Shown here: in pieces, positions 1-10,659 of the stretch
Numbering within the stretch: the first letter of the stretch is position 1
How the letters are laid out: each line of letters begins with the position of its first letter
DNA from: Gammaproteobacteria bacterium
GTDB lineage: Bacteria; Pseudomonadota; Gammaproteobacteria; SZUA-229
Length of the DNA: 64,000 nt
Direction of reading: 5' to 3'
Assembly: GCA_041572275.1 (NCBI GenBank)
Contig: JBFFSQ010000001.1
Coordinates: 8,238-72,237, forward strand
Position numbers and translations under genes: made by a program
Notes under the pieces: model-generated
Databases searched by the model: none
What the model saw: only the letters and a program-made list of their open reading frames with translations
Told to the model about the DNA's origin: nothing

Positions 1-561
1 TTCAATATCAATATAGATAAAATCGCCTTTACGGTGGACATTGATGTAATGCACATTACGACGTGCATGCTCTGCCTGGCAAGCAGAGGATCGAAATGAT
101 GAAAAATCCTGTTCACCGATTAATGCTTGTGCCGCATCATGCATGACCCGTTCATTGATATTCCCATGACGCCAGCACACCTTGTTATGCAGCACAGCAG
201 AACGTGCCTTCCGATTTAGAATGACATAACGATATTGTCGTGCAGTGGCTGTAAACCGGGCACTGAAATCATCATCCACTTCCCTGGCCCAGAGAGAGGC
301 CACATCATTGGGCAAATGAGCATTCACCCCAAGAGTCCATGCCTTTTCTGGTCGCACTGATGCTGTCTCAAAATGTACAACCTGGCCAGTCGCATGTACG
401 CCCGTATCGGTTCTACCGGCACAAGTAATTTGCACGGTCTCATCGGCAACGATAGACAGGGCATTTTCAACAACTTCCTGCACAGTACGTGTACCATGGC
501 GCTGCATTTGCCAGCCACAAAATTGACTACCATCGTATTCAATACCAAGTGCTATTCGCAT
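1..561 (-). CDS. truA: tRNA pseudouridine(38-40) synthase TruA; N-terminal 187 codons, the 3' end lies beyond the window start
   Basis: I translated the minus strand from the ATG at 561..559: MRIALGIEYDGSQFCGWQMQRHGTRTVQ...CAGRTDTGVHATGQVVHFE...ARQYRYVILN. This tracks E. coli TruA almost residue for residue. The ORF track omits it because the frame runs off the window edge. Pseudomonas-like fimV-truA adjacency fits. Confidence 0.9.
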   Translation of the reverse strand, partial: MRIALGIEYDGSQFCGWQMQRHGTRTVQEVVENALSIVADETVQITCAGRTDTGVHATGQVVHFETASVRPEKAWTLGVNAHLPNDVASLWAREVDDDFSARFTATARQYRYVILNRKARSAVLHNKVCWRHGNINERVMHDAAQALIGEQDFSSFRSSACQAEHARRNVHYINVHRKGDFIYIDIE

Positions 562-724
562 AAAAAAATAACTTTGTGTAATAAGCTAAACAATCGACCG
601 ATGCAGTTTAATACCAAACAGATCATCACTCACAGTGACCTGTTGACTAATAACCCTATCGTTTAACGAAAAACGGCATCAGGCCGTAACCCGATGCCGC
701 TCCAAACCATCGACCACTAGAGAC

Positions 725-3700
725 TTAGCTAGCCTCTTTCAACAACTCATCAGCCGCTGACTGCTGGTCTCCATTGCCTTCAAGCTTCACTTCTTCGAGA
801 ATACTTCTCGCACCTTCCTTGTCACCCATATCAATATAGGCGCGCGCCAGTTCAAGCTTGGTATTTACCTCATCTATATCCTCAGACAATTCAGAAATAT
901 CAAAATCCTCATCGTCACCGGCTACTTCAGGCATAGCAGCCATAGCGCTGGTATCGAGACTTAGATCGGTCTCAAACTCCATGTCTGATGAATCATCCGC
1001 CTCAAGAGACAAATCAGTATCCAGAGCCAGATCTTCATCCGAGGCATCACCAGTATCCAGATCAAGTCCTAAATCTGTCGCCTGCTCAGTATCTGTATCC
1101 AATTCCAGGCTAAGATCAGTGTCCAGTGCCAGATCGGCCTCTTCCTCTGTATCACTTTCCATATCCAGGCCAAGATCACTATCAAAATCAAGTCCCAGAT
1201 CTGTCTCTTCAGCTACTGATGCGTTATCCGTATCTTCATCCATATCGAGGGCAAGATCCAGATCTGAATCCAGCTCCAGCTCATCAGTCGTAGCGTCTTC
1301 TTCGGTCGTTTCAACCTGCATGGCTCCGGTATTTTCGAAACCTAAATCCGATGCCTCAAAATCCAGAGAAAATTCATCATCAAGCTCGAGTTCAGATTCT
1401 GACTCGGAATCACTAGCGACTGTTTCTGATTCATCAGCAAAGTCACCAAGATCAAAAGACATTTCCTCTTCGTCGCTCTCTGCTGTCGGTGTATCCATTT
1501 CACTGGCAATATCCTCCAGTGCATCACCCAGATTCAAATCATCAACTGCCAGGTCATCTGACAGAGGCTCACTCAGAATAGCCGTTTGTTCTGCCTCAGT
1601 ATCTTCAATACCCAGATCAAGATCATCAGCTAAGGCTGAGTCTTCAACATCTAACTCAAAATCAGTTGCCTCAGGTTTCTCAGGAATTAGACTATCGGTA
1701 TCCAGATCAGACGCCAAATCGACATCACCGCTAAATAAGGCCTGATCAGGACAAAGTTCACGTCCCATGACCACGACTCGATCCCAGAACTCCTTGTCAC
1801 TACCCTTACGCTGCTGAACCTCTTCAGCCAGATTAGCAAAGGCGTCAGCATTCTTCGCAGCAAAATGGGTCTCCAGCAATTTCATCCGATAATCATCACG
1901 ATCTGGATTTTGCTGTATAGCGTTCTGTAATAGCTCTTCGGCCTGCTGATAAATACCATAAGCCAGATAAACATCAGCCTCGGAAATCACATCATCATCT
2001 GAACTGGCTGGCTTCTCTTCCTCAGCCTCTGCAAGCCCGATAACTGTGTCACCCAGCTCAGATGCAGGCTCTTCTTCCAGGCCAGCTTCAGCCACCGATG
2101 TATCAAGCTCAGGAGTAGCAACTTCAGTTGTCGCACTAACATCCTGCTCATCAGTCTGAAATGACAGTGTGTTGTGTTGCTCACCCTCGGTCTCAAACTC
2201 TAAACCACCTGTATCTGGTTCAAGCTCAACCCACTCTTCACTCTTGTTAATACGACGTCGACGTAAAACCAGGGCAACCAGTAATACCAGAGCCGAAAAC
2301 CCACCAGCAATCACCGTCAGTATTTTAGGATCATCCAGCAGACCTTCAATAAAGGTTTTCGGCTGTTGTTGAGCAAATTCGGGAGCATCAGCCGGACTCA
2401 CGGGTGCAGCGGGAACTGGTTTAACAGGCTCAGCGGTGACGTCTTCGACACCAGCCTCTGCAGTCTCATCAACAAATACCGCCTCTTCTTCTGATGCAGG
2501 CGCTACTTCCTCTTCCGTAACAGTTGTATCAGCTGTCACGTCTTCTGCCACAGGCTCAGTTTCTGTTACTTCCTCAATCGCCGGTTCTTCGCTTGGTTGC
2601 TCCATCACTGGCTCTTCAGACACTGGCTCTTCAGCCGTATCTATCGGTGCCGATGCTCGAGCATCCTGCAGCTCCTGTTGCAATCTGGCCAACTCTGCAT
2701 CATCCATTTCCAGTGCATTCTGTACGCGACTTTCCAGATCCGCCAGTCGGCTACTCAGATTTTCTTTCTCCAGACGTTCAGATTCCAGCGCTTCCTGTGC
2801 TAACAATAACTCATTACGTAAGCGTCGAATTTCAGCATTGGTATCCTGACCACTTCCAGCCGATTCACTACCTTCATCACCACTGGCAGAAACGATCGAC
2901 AGGCGACCTTCAGTCACTTCTTCACTAATACCTTCAGAAGTTACGTCCTGATCTGACTCCATAGCCGATGCCGGAGCTGCACCCGTGAGTGCCTGACGGT
3001 ATTCACGCCATAAAGACGTATGCTGTTTAACCTGTGCCAGTGCCGCTTGTCGATCAATACTGGTAATAGTCGAGCGATCAGGCATACGCAGAATATAGCC
3101 ACGCTTGACCCCGTGAATATTTTCTTTAATAAACGCTTCTGGATTTTCACGTACCAGAGCCAGCATCATTTGTTCGACAGAAACACTGCTATCAGGACGG
3201 TGTTTGCTAGCAATACCCCACAGGGTATCCTGCGACTGGACACGATAATTACCACCACTTTGCGCATACTGGGGAAGCGGCTGATACGTTACCTGGCCTC
3301 GCGAGTCACGTGATGAAATAACTGGCTGGGCCGCAGGCGAAGCAAGCTGTGACGTCTGCGCTGGTGCTGACGGCTGGTAAGCCATCTGTTCAGCAGGTCG
3401 CCCAAAGTCATCCTGTGCTGTCACCGACTGATTCGTAACTGACTGATCAGCCGGATCAATAAAAGGACGCCCACTATCCCGTGCTGCCCCCTGGCTTGGC
3501 TGAGAACGACCTGAATAAACAGGTGGATCAAGCAACAGTGTATATTCACGCAGCAAATGCCCTTCTGGCCAGTCAATTTCAACGAGGAAACTCAGGAATG
3601 GCTCTCGAATCGGCTTCTGTGTATAAATTTTTACATAGGGCTTATTATTTTTAGTCACTACCCTGAATTTAAGCTGGGTCAGCATAAAGGGTCGATCAAT

Positions 3701-3904
3701 GCCTGCACGAGCAAAAGCTTCTCGATCACCCAGTTTGATGATGAGTTGCTCTGCATCTTCTGGTGCAGCTGATAGAACCTCAACTTCCGCATCCAGCTCC
3801 TGATTGAGCGCAGAATTCAGCTCAATTTCACCCAAACCCAATGGATAGCCACGCCCTGGCAATAATGCTGCCATTACAGCCAAGCTTAAGGTTAGTTTGC
3901 GCAC
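725..3904 (-). CDS. fimV: FimV/HubP-family peptidoglycan-binding protein with LysM, one TM helix, a highly acidic cytoplasmic region and a C-terminal FimV motif
   Basis: The 1079-aa ORF reads GLGEIELNSALNQELDAEVEVL...LNDLKF...LLREYTLLLDPP near the N-terminus, matching P. aeruginosa FimV. It has a LysM-like block (DTLWGIASKH...VKRGYILRMPD), a single TM helix (ILTVIAGGFSALVLLVALVL), a very long D/E-rich tract and the C-terminal motif ELARAYIDMGDKEGARSILEEV. It sits between asd and truA as in Pseudomonas. The ORF track begins at a TTG (3964). I prefer the GTG at 3904, which gives the signal-peptide-like start MRKLTLSLAVMAALLP; the start codon is uncertain. Confidence 0.8.
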   Translation of the reverse strand: MRKLTLSLAVMAALLPGRGYPLGLGEIELNSALNQELDAEVEVLSAAPEDAEQLIIKLGDREAFARAGIDRPFMLTQLKFRVVTKNNKPYVKIYTQKPIREPFLSFLVEIDWPEGHLLREYTLLLDPPVYSGRSQPSQGAARDSGRPFIDPADQSVTNQSVTAQDDFGRPAEQMAYQPSAPAQTSQLASPAAQPVISSRDSRGQVTYQPLPQYAQSGGNYRVQSQDTLWGIASKHRPDSSVSVEQMMLALVRENPEAFIKENIHGVKRGYILRMPDRSTITSIDRQAALAQVKQHTSLWREYRQALTGAAPASAMESDQDVTSEGISEEVTEGRLSIVSASGDEGSESAGSGQDTNAEIRRLRNELLLAQEALESERLEKENLSSRLADLESRVQNALEMDDAELARLQQELQDARASAPIDTAEEPVSEEPVMEQPSEEPAIEEVTETEPVAEDVTADTTVTEEEVAPASEEEAVFVDETAEAGVEDVTAEPVKPVPAAPVSPADAPEFAQQQPKTFIEGLLDDPKILTVIAGGFSALVLLVALVLRRRRINKSEEWVELEPDTGGLEFETEGEQHNTLSFQTDEQDVSATTEVATPELDTSVAEAGLEEEPASELGDTVIGLAEAEEEKPASSDDDVISEADVYLAYGIYQQAEELLQNAIQQNPDRDDYRMKLLETHFAAKNADAFANLAEEVQQRKGSDKEFWDRVVVMGRELCPDQALFSGDVDLASDLDTDSLIPEKPEATDFELDVEDSALADDLDLGIEDTEAEQTAILSEPLSDDLAVDDLNLGDALEDIASEMDTPTAESDEEEMSFDLGDFADESETVASDSESESELELDDEFSLDFEASDLGFENTGAMQVETTEEDATTDELELDSDLDLALDMDEDTDNASVAEETDLGLDFDSDLGLDMESDTEEEADLALDTDLSLELDTDTEQATDLGLDLDTGDASDEDLALDTDLSLEADDSSDMEFETDLSLDTSAMAAMPEVAGDDEDFDISELSEDIDEVNTKLELARAYIDMGDKEGARSILEEVKLEGNGDQQSAADELLKEAS
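930..1700 (-). repeat. Imperfect in-frame tandem repeats encoding the acidic D-L-x-L-D repeat tract of FimV
   Basis: Nucleotide units of the form tccag..ccagatc..tc recur and encode DLGLDFDSDLGLDMESD / LALDTDLSLE-type repeats. The mirror-image Ser-rich ORF on the opposite strand (858..1745 +) is a by-product of these repeats. Confidence 0.5.
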
Positions 3905-4024
3905 CTGCTTTCCCCCACAGTCATTTTCCCCTTGGTGTCCTGAAACACGAAATGAAGGCGACAAAGACCCTCATTTCGGACACATTGCTAAGAATACACT
4001 TTAGTATGCATGTGTAACTATAGA

Positions 4025-5047
4025 TTATAAATAGTTTTTTATCAAAATCTCAGCAATTTGAACACTGTTTAATGCTGCACCCTTGCGCACATTATCTGCT
4101 ACCACCCACAGATTCAGGCCATTTTCATAAGAAATATCTTCACGAATCCGACCAACATAGGTGGGATCATGTGTAGCCCCTTCGGTCACTGCAGTGGGAT
4201 ACCCACCATCCTTACGTTCATCCAAAACCTCAATCCCTGGCGATTTAGATAACAGAGCATGACACTCCTCGGCTGTCATTTTTTTACGGGTTTCAATATG
4301 AACAGCCTCAGAATGACCATAGAAGACAGGAACACGAACAGCAGTTGGATTTACCAGAATGCTGTCATCTTCCATAATTTTCTTGGTCTCCCAGACCATT
4401 TTCATTTCTTCCTTGGTATAGCCGTTATCCATAAACACATCGATATGGGGCAATACATTAAAAGCAATCTGCTTTGGATAAACTTCGCATTCAATCGGTT
4501 TTCCATTCAGCAGTCGTGCCGTTTGTGTCGCCAACTCCTCAATCGCTTCCTTACCGGTACCGGAAACAGCCTGATAGGTACAGACATTAATACGGGAAAT
4601 ACCTACTGCATCATGTATCGGTTTCAAAGCTACCAGCATCTGGATAGTTGAACAGTTTGGATTGGCGATAATGCCCTGATTGGTGTAATTGGCAATTGCA
4701 TGGGGATTCACTTCCGGCACTACTAGTGGAATATCGTCCACATAACGGAACTCAGATGTGTTATCGATTACCACACAACCTGCAGCAGCAGCTTTTGGCG
4801 CGAATTCTTTAGAAATGGAACCACCTGCAGAAAATAATCCAATTTGTACTTTTGAGAAATCAAAATCAGCTAGATTCTCCACCGTTAACATCTGATTACC
4901 GAATTCAACTTTCTTGCCCACAGAACGCTCGGATGCCAATGGATATACTTTACCTACTGGAAACTTGCGCTCAGCCAGGATTGACAGCATGGTTTCACCG
5001 ACAGCGCCCGTGGCACCCACGACTGCTACATCATATGTTTTACTCAT
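4025..5047 (-). CDS. asd: Aspartate-semialdehyde dehydrogenase (short, non-enterobacterial type)
   Basis: 340 aa beginning MSKTYDVAVVGATGAVGETMLSIL with an Asd active-site region. It sits between fimV and leuB. Confidence 0.93.
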   Translation of the reverse strand: MSKTYDVAVVGATGAVGETMLSILAERKFPVGKVYPLASERSVGKKVEFGNQMLTVENLADFDFSKVQIGLFSAGGSISKEFAPKAAAAGCVVIDNTSEFRYVDDIPLVVPEVNPHAIANYTNQGIIANPNCSTIQMLVALKPIHDAVGISRINVCTYQAVSGTGKEAIEELATQTARLLNGKPIECEVYPKQIAFNVLPHIDVFMDNGYTKEEMKMVWETKKIMEDDSILVNPTAVRVPVFYGHSEAVHIETRKKMTAEECHALLSKSPGIEVLDERKDGGYPTAVTEGATHDPTYVGRIREDISYENGLNLWVVADNVRKGAALNSVQIAEILIKNYL

Positions 5048-5134
5048 AACCTTACCTTTAACAATTTTTGTTAGCCACAGAGTTTTTAAGCATCACGTCA
5101 ACTCTGTGAGTTGTGTGTCTCTGTGGTGATAAAC

Positions 5135-6211
5135 TTAAGCCTTTAATGCCTCAACCACAGCATCACCCATGGCTGCAGTACCTACTTCAGTACATCCTTC
5201 CGACATAATATCCGGAGTACGCAGGCCCCGATCCAGAACCTTGCCTACCGCATCTTCAATACGTTGTGCGACTTCAGCATTATCCAGGCTATAGCGCAAC
5301 ATCATCGCCACTGACAATATGGTCGCCAGAGGATTAGCAACACCCTTACCTGCTATATCCGGTGCTGAGCCGTGAATGGGCTCATACATGCCTTTACCTT
5401 CGGCATTTAACGATGCTGAAGGCAGCATGCCAATTGACCCGGTTAACATGGCCGCCGCATCAGACAGAATGTCACCAAACATATTCTTGGTCACCATGAC
5501 ATCAAACTGCTTGGGCCATTTCACCAGCTGCATGGCTGCATTATCCACATACATATGACTGAGTTTAACTTCAGGATAATCCTTGGCCACACGCTCAACC
5601 ACTTCACGCCATAACTCAGAAACTTCCAGCACATTGGCCTTATCAACTGAGCACACGTGTTTATTTCGTTTCATGGCAATATCAAAGGCCGAACGAGCAA
5701 TGCGCTCGACTTCTGACTCAGCATATACCAGTGTGTTGAAACCAACGCGCTCACCATTACGTTCTTCTATACCCCGGGGTTGCCCAAAATAAATACCGCC
5801 GGTCAGCTCACGCACAATCATAATATCCAGACCCGCTACAATCTCTGGCTTCAATGATGAAGCATCAGCCAATTGCGGGTATAAAATAGCCGGACGTAGA
5901 TTAGAGAATAGTGTCAGTTCTGAGCGCAAACCCAGCAGACCTTTTTCAGGTCGCTTCTCACGGGGGAGCGATTCATACTGAGGACCACCCACTGCCCCCA
6001 GTAAAATAGCATCCGCCTGTTTACATAAGTTTAAAGTCGCCTCTGGCAGAGGATCACCCGCCGCATCATATCCAGCACCTCCCACTGGTGCTTCTTCGAG
6101 CTCGACATCCAGAGCACCTTCGGCTTGCAGGAAGTTGATCACTTTAACGGCTTCGGCAACAATCTCAGGACCAATACCATCACCAGGCAAAATTGCAATT
6201 TTTTGTGTCAT
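5135..6211 (-). CDS. leuB: 3-isopropylmalate dehydrogenase
   Basis: 358 aa beginning [18 protein letters not shown], with isocitrate/isopropylmalate dehydrogenase signature residues. Confidence 0.95.
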   Translation of the reverse strand: MTQKIAILPGDGIGPEIVAEAVKVINFLQAEGALDVELEEAPVGGAGYDAAGDPLPEATLNLCKQADAILLGAVGGPQYESLPREKRPEKGLLGLRSELTLFSNLRPAILYPQLADASSLKPEIVAGLDIMIVRELTGGIYFGQPRGIEERNGERVGFNTLVYAESEVERIARSAFDIAMKRNKHVCSVDKANVLEVSELWREVVERVAKDYPEVKLSHMYVDNAAMQLVKWPKQFDVMVTKNMFGDILSDAAAMLTGSIGMLPSASLNAEGKGMYEPIHGSAPDIAGKGVANPLATILSVAMMLRYSLDNAEVAQRIEDAVGKVLDRGLRTPDIMSEGCTEVGTAAMGDAVVEALKA

Positions 6212-6225
6212 CTTTAAAACCTTGT

Positions 6226-6861
6226 CTAAAACAACCAGGGTGCTGATTGTTTACGTTGTTCTTCGTACGCGTGGATAGCATCTGCATGTTGCAGAGTTAA
6301 GCCAATATCATCGAGGCCATTTAACAAACAGTGCTTACGGAATTCATCCACTTCAAACGCAATTTCTTTGCCTTCTTCTGTCACAATAATCTGCTGTTCC
6401 AGATCAATGGTCAGCTGATAGCCTTTTCTTGCGTTAATCAAATTAAACAGTTCATCAACCGTTTGTGCCGGCAATGGAATAGGCAGTAAACCGTTTTTGA
6501 AACTGTTATTAAAAAAGATATCGGCAAAACTGGGCGCAATCACGGCTCGAAAGCCAAAATCAGTTAGTGCCCATACCGCATGTTCTCGAGATGAACCGCA
6601 ACCAAAATTTTCGCGTGCAATCAGAATTGTGGCCTGATCATACGGCGACTGATTGAGGACAAAGTCTTCATTCTTGCGACGCGTGCTGTTATCCATACCT
6701 GGCTCACCCGGATCGAGATAACGCCAGTCATCAAAAGCATTTGGTCCAAAACCACTACGTTTGATGGATTTTAAATACTGTTTCGGAATGATGGCATCGG
6801 TATCGACATTGGTTCGATCCAATGGTGCCACGATTCCACTAACCCGGGTAAATTTATCCAT
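6226..6861 (-). CDS. leuD: 3-isopropylmalate dehydratase small subunit
   Basis: 211 aa beginning [31 protein letters not shown], the classic LeuD N-terminus. Confidence 0.95.
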   Translation of the reverse strand: MDKFTRVSGIVAPLDRTNVDTDAIIPKQYLKSIKRSGFGPNAFDDWRYLDPGEPGMDNSTRRKNEDFVLNQSPYDQATILIARENFGCGSSREHAVWALTDFGFRAVIAPSFADIFFNNSFKNGLLPIPLPAQTVDELFNLINARKGYQLTIDLEQQIIVTEEGKEIAFEVDEFRKHCLLNGLDDIGLTLQHADAIHAYEEQRKQSAPWLF

Positions 6862-6863
6862 TA

Positions 6864-7001
6864 CTATTTCTCTGCTTCTTTACTGGTTTCTTCAATCGAC
6901 TTGCCCAGGCTTTGAATATCTTTACCTAATCCTTCGAAAGTGGCGCACCCCGCAACTGATACGAAACCCAGAATCAGCATTAAAATAAATAGTTTTTTCA
7001 T
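6864..7001 (-). CDS. Entericidin (EcnA/EcnB)-family small lipoprotein, 45 aa
   Basis: This ORF is not in the ORF track; I hand-translated it as [45 protein letters not shown]. It has a lipobox (VAGC) and the entericidin core G-[FL]-G-[EK]-D-I-x-x-L-G-x-S-I. An SD-like gagga lies 9 nt upstream. Its stop TAG is followed by TAATG, the leuD start. Confidence 0.7.
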   Translation of the reverse strand: MKKLFILMLILGFVSVAGCATFEGLGKDIQSLGKSIEETSKEAEK

Positions 7002-7012
7002 TGCCCTTTTCC

Positions 7013-8416
7013 TCAAAAGTTTCTGACATCAACAAAATGGCCGGCAATGGCCGCCGCTGCAGCCATGGCAGGACTCACCAGATGGGTACGCCCACCCTGG
7101 CCCTGACGGCCTTCAAAGTTCCGGTTCGAAGTTGAAGCACATCGCTCACCCGGCTCCAAACGATCCGCATTCATGGCCAAACACATAGAACAGCCCGGTT
7201 CACGCCATTCAAAACCGGCATCGGTAAATACTTTGTCCAGTCCTTCCTGCTCGGCCTGCTGCTTGATCAAACCGGAGCCCGGTACAACCATCGCCAACTT
7301 GATATTATCTGCCACTTTACGGCCCTTGATCACTTTAGCCGCTTCCTGTAAATCTTCAAGACGTGAATTGGTACAGGATCCAATGAATACCTTATCCACC
7401 TGGATTTCGGCAATTGGCATACCGGCTTCAATACCCATGTATTGCAATGCTTTCTGCATGCCCCCGGCTTTGACCTCATCCGCCTCATCACCTGGATTCG
7501 GTACTACATCATCCACGGCCACCACCATTTCTGGTGATGTGCCCCAGGTTACCTGTGGCTTGATGCTCGCTGCATCCAGTGTAATCTCAGTATCAAACAC
7601 TGCATCGTCATCACTGACCAGTTCGCGCCAGGCCAATACCGCCTGTTCCCAATGCGCTTCGCTGGGTGCATAGGGACGCCCCTTCACATATTCAATAGTG
7701 GTGTCATCAACCGCAACCAGACCAACACGCGCACCCGCTTCAATCGCCATGTTGCAGATGGTCATACGGCCATCCATGGATAAATCCCGGATCGCGCTGC
7801 CGGCAAATTCCATCGCAAAACCGGTACCACCCGCCGTGCCAATCTCACCAATAACGGCCAGCACGATATCTTTAGCGGTTACACCCTGACCCAACTGACC
7901 TTCAACATTGACACGCATGTTCTTCATTTTTTTCTGTAATAAACACTGAGTAGCCAGCACATGCTCAACTTCTGAGGTGCCGATACCAAATGCCATAGCA
8001 CCAAACGCACCATGAGTCGCAGTATGGGAGTCACCACAGACCAGAGTCATTCCGGGTAGGGTTGCACCCTGCTCTGGACCAATAACATGAACGATCCCCT
8101 GGCGAATATCATTCATGGTAAATTCAGTAATCCCAAATTCCTGACAGTTCTTATCCAGCGTTTCCACCTGGATGCGGGACACTGGATCCTGAATACCCTG
8201 ATCACGATCAGTAGTGGGCACATTATGATCGGGTACCGCCAGCGCGGTTTCACTACGCCAGGGCTGACGACCTGCCATGCGCAAGCCCTCAAATGCCTGC
8301 GGTGAAGTCACTTCATGCACCAGATGACGATCGATATACAATAATGCAGTGCCATCATCTTCAGAGCGCACTACATGGGCATCAAACAATTTATCGTAAA
8401 GGGTTTTACCTGCCAT
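7013..8416 (-). CDS. leuC: 3-isopropylmalate dehydratase large subunit
   Basis: 467 aa beginning [16 protein letters not shown]; aconitase-family with Fe-S cysteines (GSCTNSR). Confidence 0.95.
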   Translation of the reverse strand: MAGKTLYDKLFDAHVVRSEDDGTALLYIDRHLVHEVTSPQAFEGLRMAGRQPWRSETALAVPDHNVPTTDRDQGIQDPVSRIQVETLDKNCQEFGITEFTMNDIRQGIVHVIGPEQGATLPGMTLVCGDSHTATHGAFGAMAFGIGTSEVEHVLATQCLLQKKMKNMRVNVEGQLGQGVTAKDIVLAVIGEIGTAGGTGFAMEFAGSAIRDLSMDGRMTICNMAIEAGARVGLVAVDDTTIEYVKGRPYAPSEAHWEQAVLAWRELVSDDDAVFDTEITLDAASIKPQVTWGTSPEMVVAVDDVVPNPGDEADEVKAGGMQKALQYMGIEAGMPIAEIQVDKVFIGSCTNSRLEDLQEAAKVIKGRKVADNIKLAMVVPGSGLIKQQAEQEGLDKVFTDAGFEWREPGCSMCLAMNADRLEPGERCASTSNRNFEGRQGQGGRTHLVSPAMAAAAAIAGHFVDVRNF

Positions 8417-8519
8417 TCGCTATCTCCAGTTATTGACAGAAAGTCTACGCCTCGACAAAATATAAAACAAATTCATCTTATTTATATTAACGATTCCAAA
8501 AAGGAATAGCTAAGCACCG

Positions 8520-9413
8520 ATGGACATACAGAATCTCCAGACCTTCATCAGCGTCAGCGAAACTCGCTCCTTTTCCAAAGCTGCAGAAAAACTATTCATT
8601 ACCCAGCCCGCTGTGAGCAAACGTGTATCCTCGCTGGAACAAGCACTCAATGCACGACTATTTGACCGTATCGGTAAACATGTTCAGCTCACCGAGGCCG
8701 GTGAAGCCCTGTTACCCCGCGCTCGCAACATTCTCGCAGAACTGGCGGAAAGCCGCCGAGTTATTAACGACCTGAGTGGCAAGGTTGCCGGTGCTCTACG
8801 CCTCGGTACCAGTCACCATATCGGTTTACACCGCTTGCCACCGGTATTGCGTGCCTATACCGCAGAATACCCAAATGTTGATCTGGATATCCAGTTTATG
8901 GATTCAGAAGACGCCTGTGATGCCGTCATGAAAGGTGAGCTGGAACTGGCCATTGCTACCTTACCGGAACAGGCATTTGACAATCTGACCACAAAAATTA
9001 TCTGGCATGACCCCTTGAGCGTCATGACCAGCAAACACCACGCACTGGCACAAATGCAAGACATCGATCTGCAACAGCTGGTCCAGCATGCCGCCATACT
9101 ACCGTCACAGAGCACATTTACCCGCGCTCTGCTTGAGCAGGCATTGGGCCTGAATACACGAAAATTGAAAATCGCCATGGAAACCAATTATCTGGAGACA
9201 ATAAAAATGATGGTTTCTATCGGTATTGGCTGGAGTGTGCTCCCTCTGTCCATGCTCTCACCAGACATCAGGAGCCTTCACATCAATGACATCCATATGG
9301 AACGACAACTGGGCGTTGTCCATCACTCTGAGCGCACCCTGTCAAATGCAGCTAAAAAGCTACTCCAACTACTTGATCAGCACAGTGATCTATCCAAACA
9401 CACTCGATCATGA
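8520..9413 (+). CDS. LysR-family transcriptional regulator, divergent from leuC
   Basis: N-terminal HTH (LQTFISVSETRSFSKAAEKLFITQPAVSKRVSSLEQAL) plus a LysR substrate-binding domain. A divergent leuC/LysR pair also occurs in Pseudomonas. Confidence 0.85.
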   Translation: MDIQNLQTFISVSETRSFSKAAEKLFITQPAVSKRVSSLEQALNARLFDRIGKHVQLTEAGEALLPRARNILAELAESRRVINDLSGKVAGALRLGTSHHIGLHRLPPVLRAYTAEYPNVDLDIQFMDSEDACDAVMKGELELAIATLPEQAFDNLTTKIIWHDPLSVMTSKHHALAQMQDIDLQQLVQHAAILPSQSTFTRALLEQALGLNTRKLKIAMETNYLETIKMMVSIGIGWSVLPLSMLSPDIRSLHINDIHMERQLGVVHHSERTLSNAAKKLLQLLDQHSDLSKHTRS

Positions 9414-10565
9414 TTCACGCGTCTCCGTCAGGTAAATAAAACGTGAACTGATCACAAAGGCCAACAACGCAGCCAGGGCAGCTAAATTAAATATATACGC
9501 CGGACTTAACTGATCCCACAGTAAACCGCTAACATAACTGCCGATGGCACCACCGGCACCGAAACTGATACTGGAATACAGAGCCTGTCCCCGGCCCTGG
9601 TATTTACCGGTGAACAGGCGATGAAACAGCTCAATAGAAACCGCATGGTAGAGACCGAAGCTGGCTGCATGTAACAATTGAGCCAATAAAATCATCATCC
9701 GATTATCTACATAATGGCCGATCAGATACCAGCGCAAGGCAGTCAACAGCATGGCCGCCATCAACAATCGCCGTGGCCCAAACTTTGGTAATAACCGATA
9801 CATATAAAGAAACACAATAATTTCGGCAACGACGCCTAAGGCCCATAACCAGCCCAACGTCGCACTGTCATAGCCCTGCTGCTTCAGGTAAATAGAATAA
9901 AAAGTGTAATAGGGCCCATGGCTCATTTGCTGCAGAAAACACACCACCAAAAGAGCGATCACCACCGGCTGTTTCAAGACATCGAAAATATGGCCGTGAT
10001 GACTAATCTGTGTCTGTCCAGGCCCGTCAGGCACCAGAAAACTGAACAGGGCAATGCCAAAATAAAAGAACAAAATAACCAGGGGAATCAGAGCCAGACC
10101 CTGGCTATCGAGAAAGTGCCCCAGCACCACCACAGATAGAATAAATCCCAGCGACCCCCATAAGCGTATAACACTGTATTTATGGGTATCCTTACCCAGA
10201 TGGTTCATCGTATTGGCTTCAAACTGCGGTAAGGTGGCATTCCAGAAAAAACTGAAAACCGCCATCACCACCGCCATCCACCAGAAACCAGAATTTAGAA
10301 ACACCCCGGTAAACGCCAATAATGCACATACACTGGCAATACGGATGATCAACATTCCCTTACCTGTATGATCGGCAATCCAGCCCCAGACATAAGGCGC
10401 AACAAATTTCGTGGCCATAATAATGGCCATCAACTCACCAATAGCACGGGCATCGAAAGAGAGTGATTGCAGATACAGGCTCCAGTAAGGCACCAGAGCG
10501 CCAAGTGAAGCAAAATACACCAGGTAGAATCCGGACATCCGCCAATAGGGTGTCGAGTGACTCAT
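9408..10565 (-). CDS. MFS transporter (12-TM)
   Basis: 385-aa polytopic membrane protein with an MFS-like N-terminus (SGFYLVYFASLGALVPYWSLYLQS). Specificity is unknown. Confidence 0.7.
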   Translation of the reverse strand: MSHSTPYWRMSGFYLVYFASLGALVPYWSLYLQSLSFDARAIGELMAIIMATKFVAPYVWGWIADHTGKGMLIIRIASVCALLAFTGVFLNSGFWWMAVVMAVFSFFWNATLPQFEANTMNHLGKDTHKYSVIRLWGSLGFILSVVVLGHFLDSQGLALIPLVILFFYFGIALFSFLVPDGPGQTQISHHGHIFDVLKQPVVIALLVVCFLQQMSHGPYYTFYSIYLKQQGYDSATLGWLWALGVVAEIIVFLYMYRLLPKFGPRRLLMAAMLLTALRWYLIGHYVDNRMMILLAQLLHAASFGLYHAVSIELFHRLFTGKYQGRGQALYSSISFGAGGAIGSYVSGLLWDQLSPAYIFNLAALAALLAFVISSRFIYLTETRES

Positions 10566-10659
10566 CGATTACTTTGTATTGAAAGCACAGGCCACATAAT
10601 AATGCGCTGAGCAACGGTTGAAACAATAATTCCTGGGTCTGCAGGCCTCTGCATAAAAA

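Noticed and set aside
858-1745. 295-aa Ser-rich ORF on the + strand
   Set aside because: It is the antisense reading of the fimV acidic repeat tract (GAx/GAT-rich codons read as TCx/ATC). It has no start context and is an artefact of the repeats.
5123-5138. 16-nt exact repeat aaacttaagcctttaa, also at 22643..22658
   Set aside because: About one chance 16-mer match is expected in 64 kb on two strands. One copy is the leuB stop codon region. There is no flanking similarity.
7173-7673. 166-aa + strand ORF inside leuC, and similar antisense ORFs inside aroC (10903..11394), valS, the AddA-like gene and others
   Set aside because: They are fully embedded antisense to well-supported conserved genes and have low-complexity composition.
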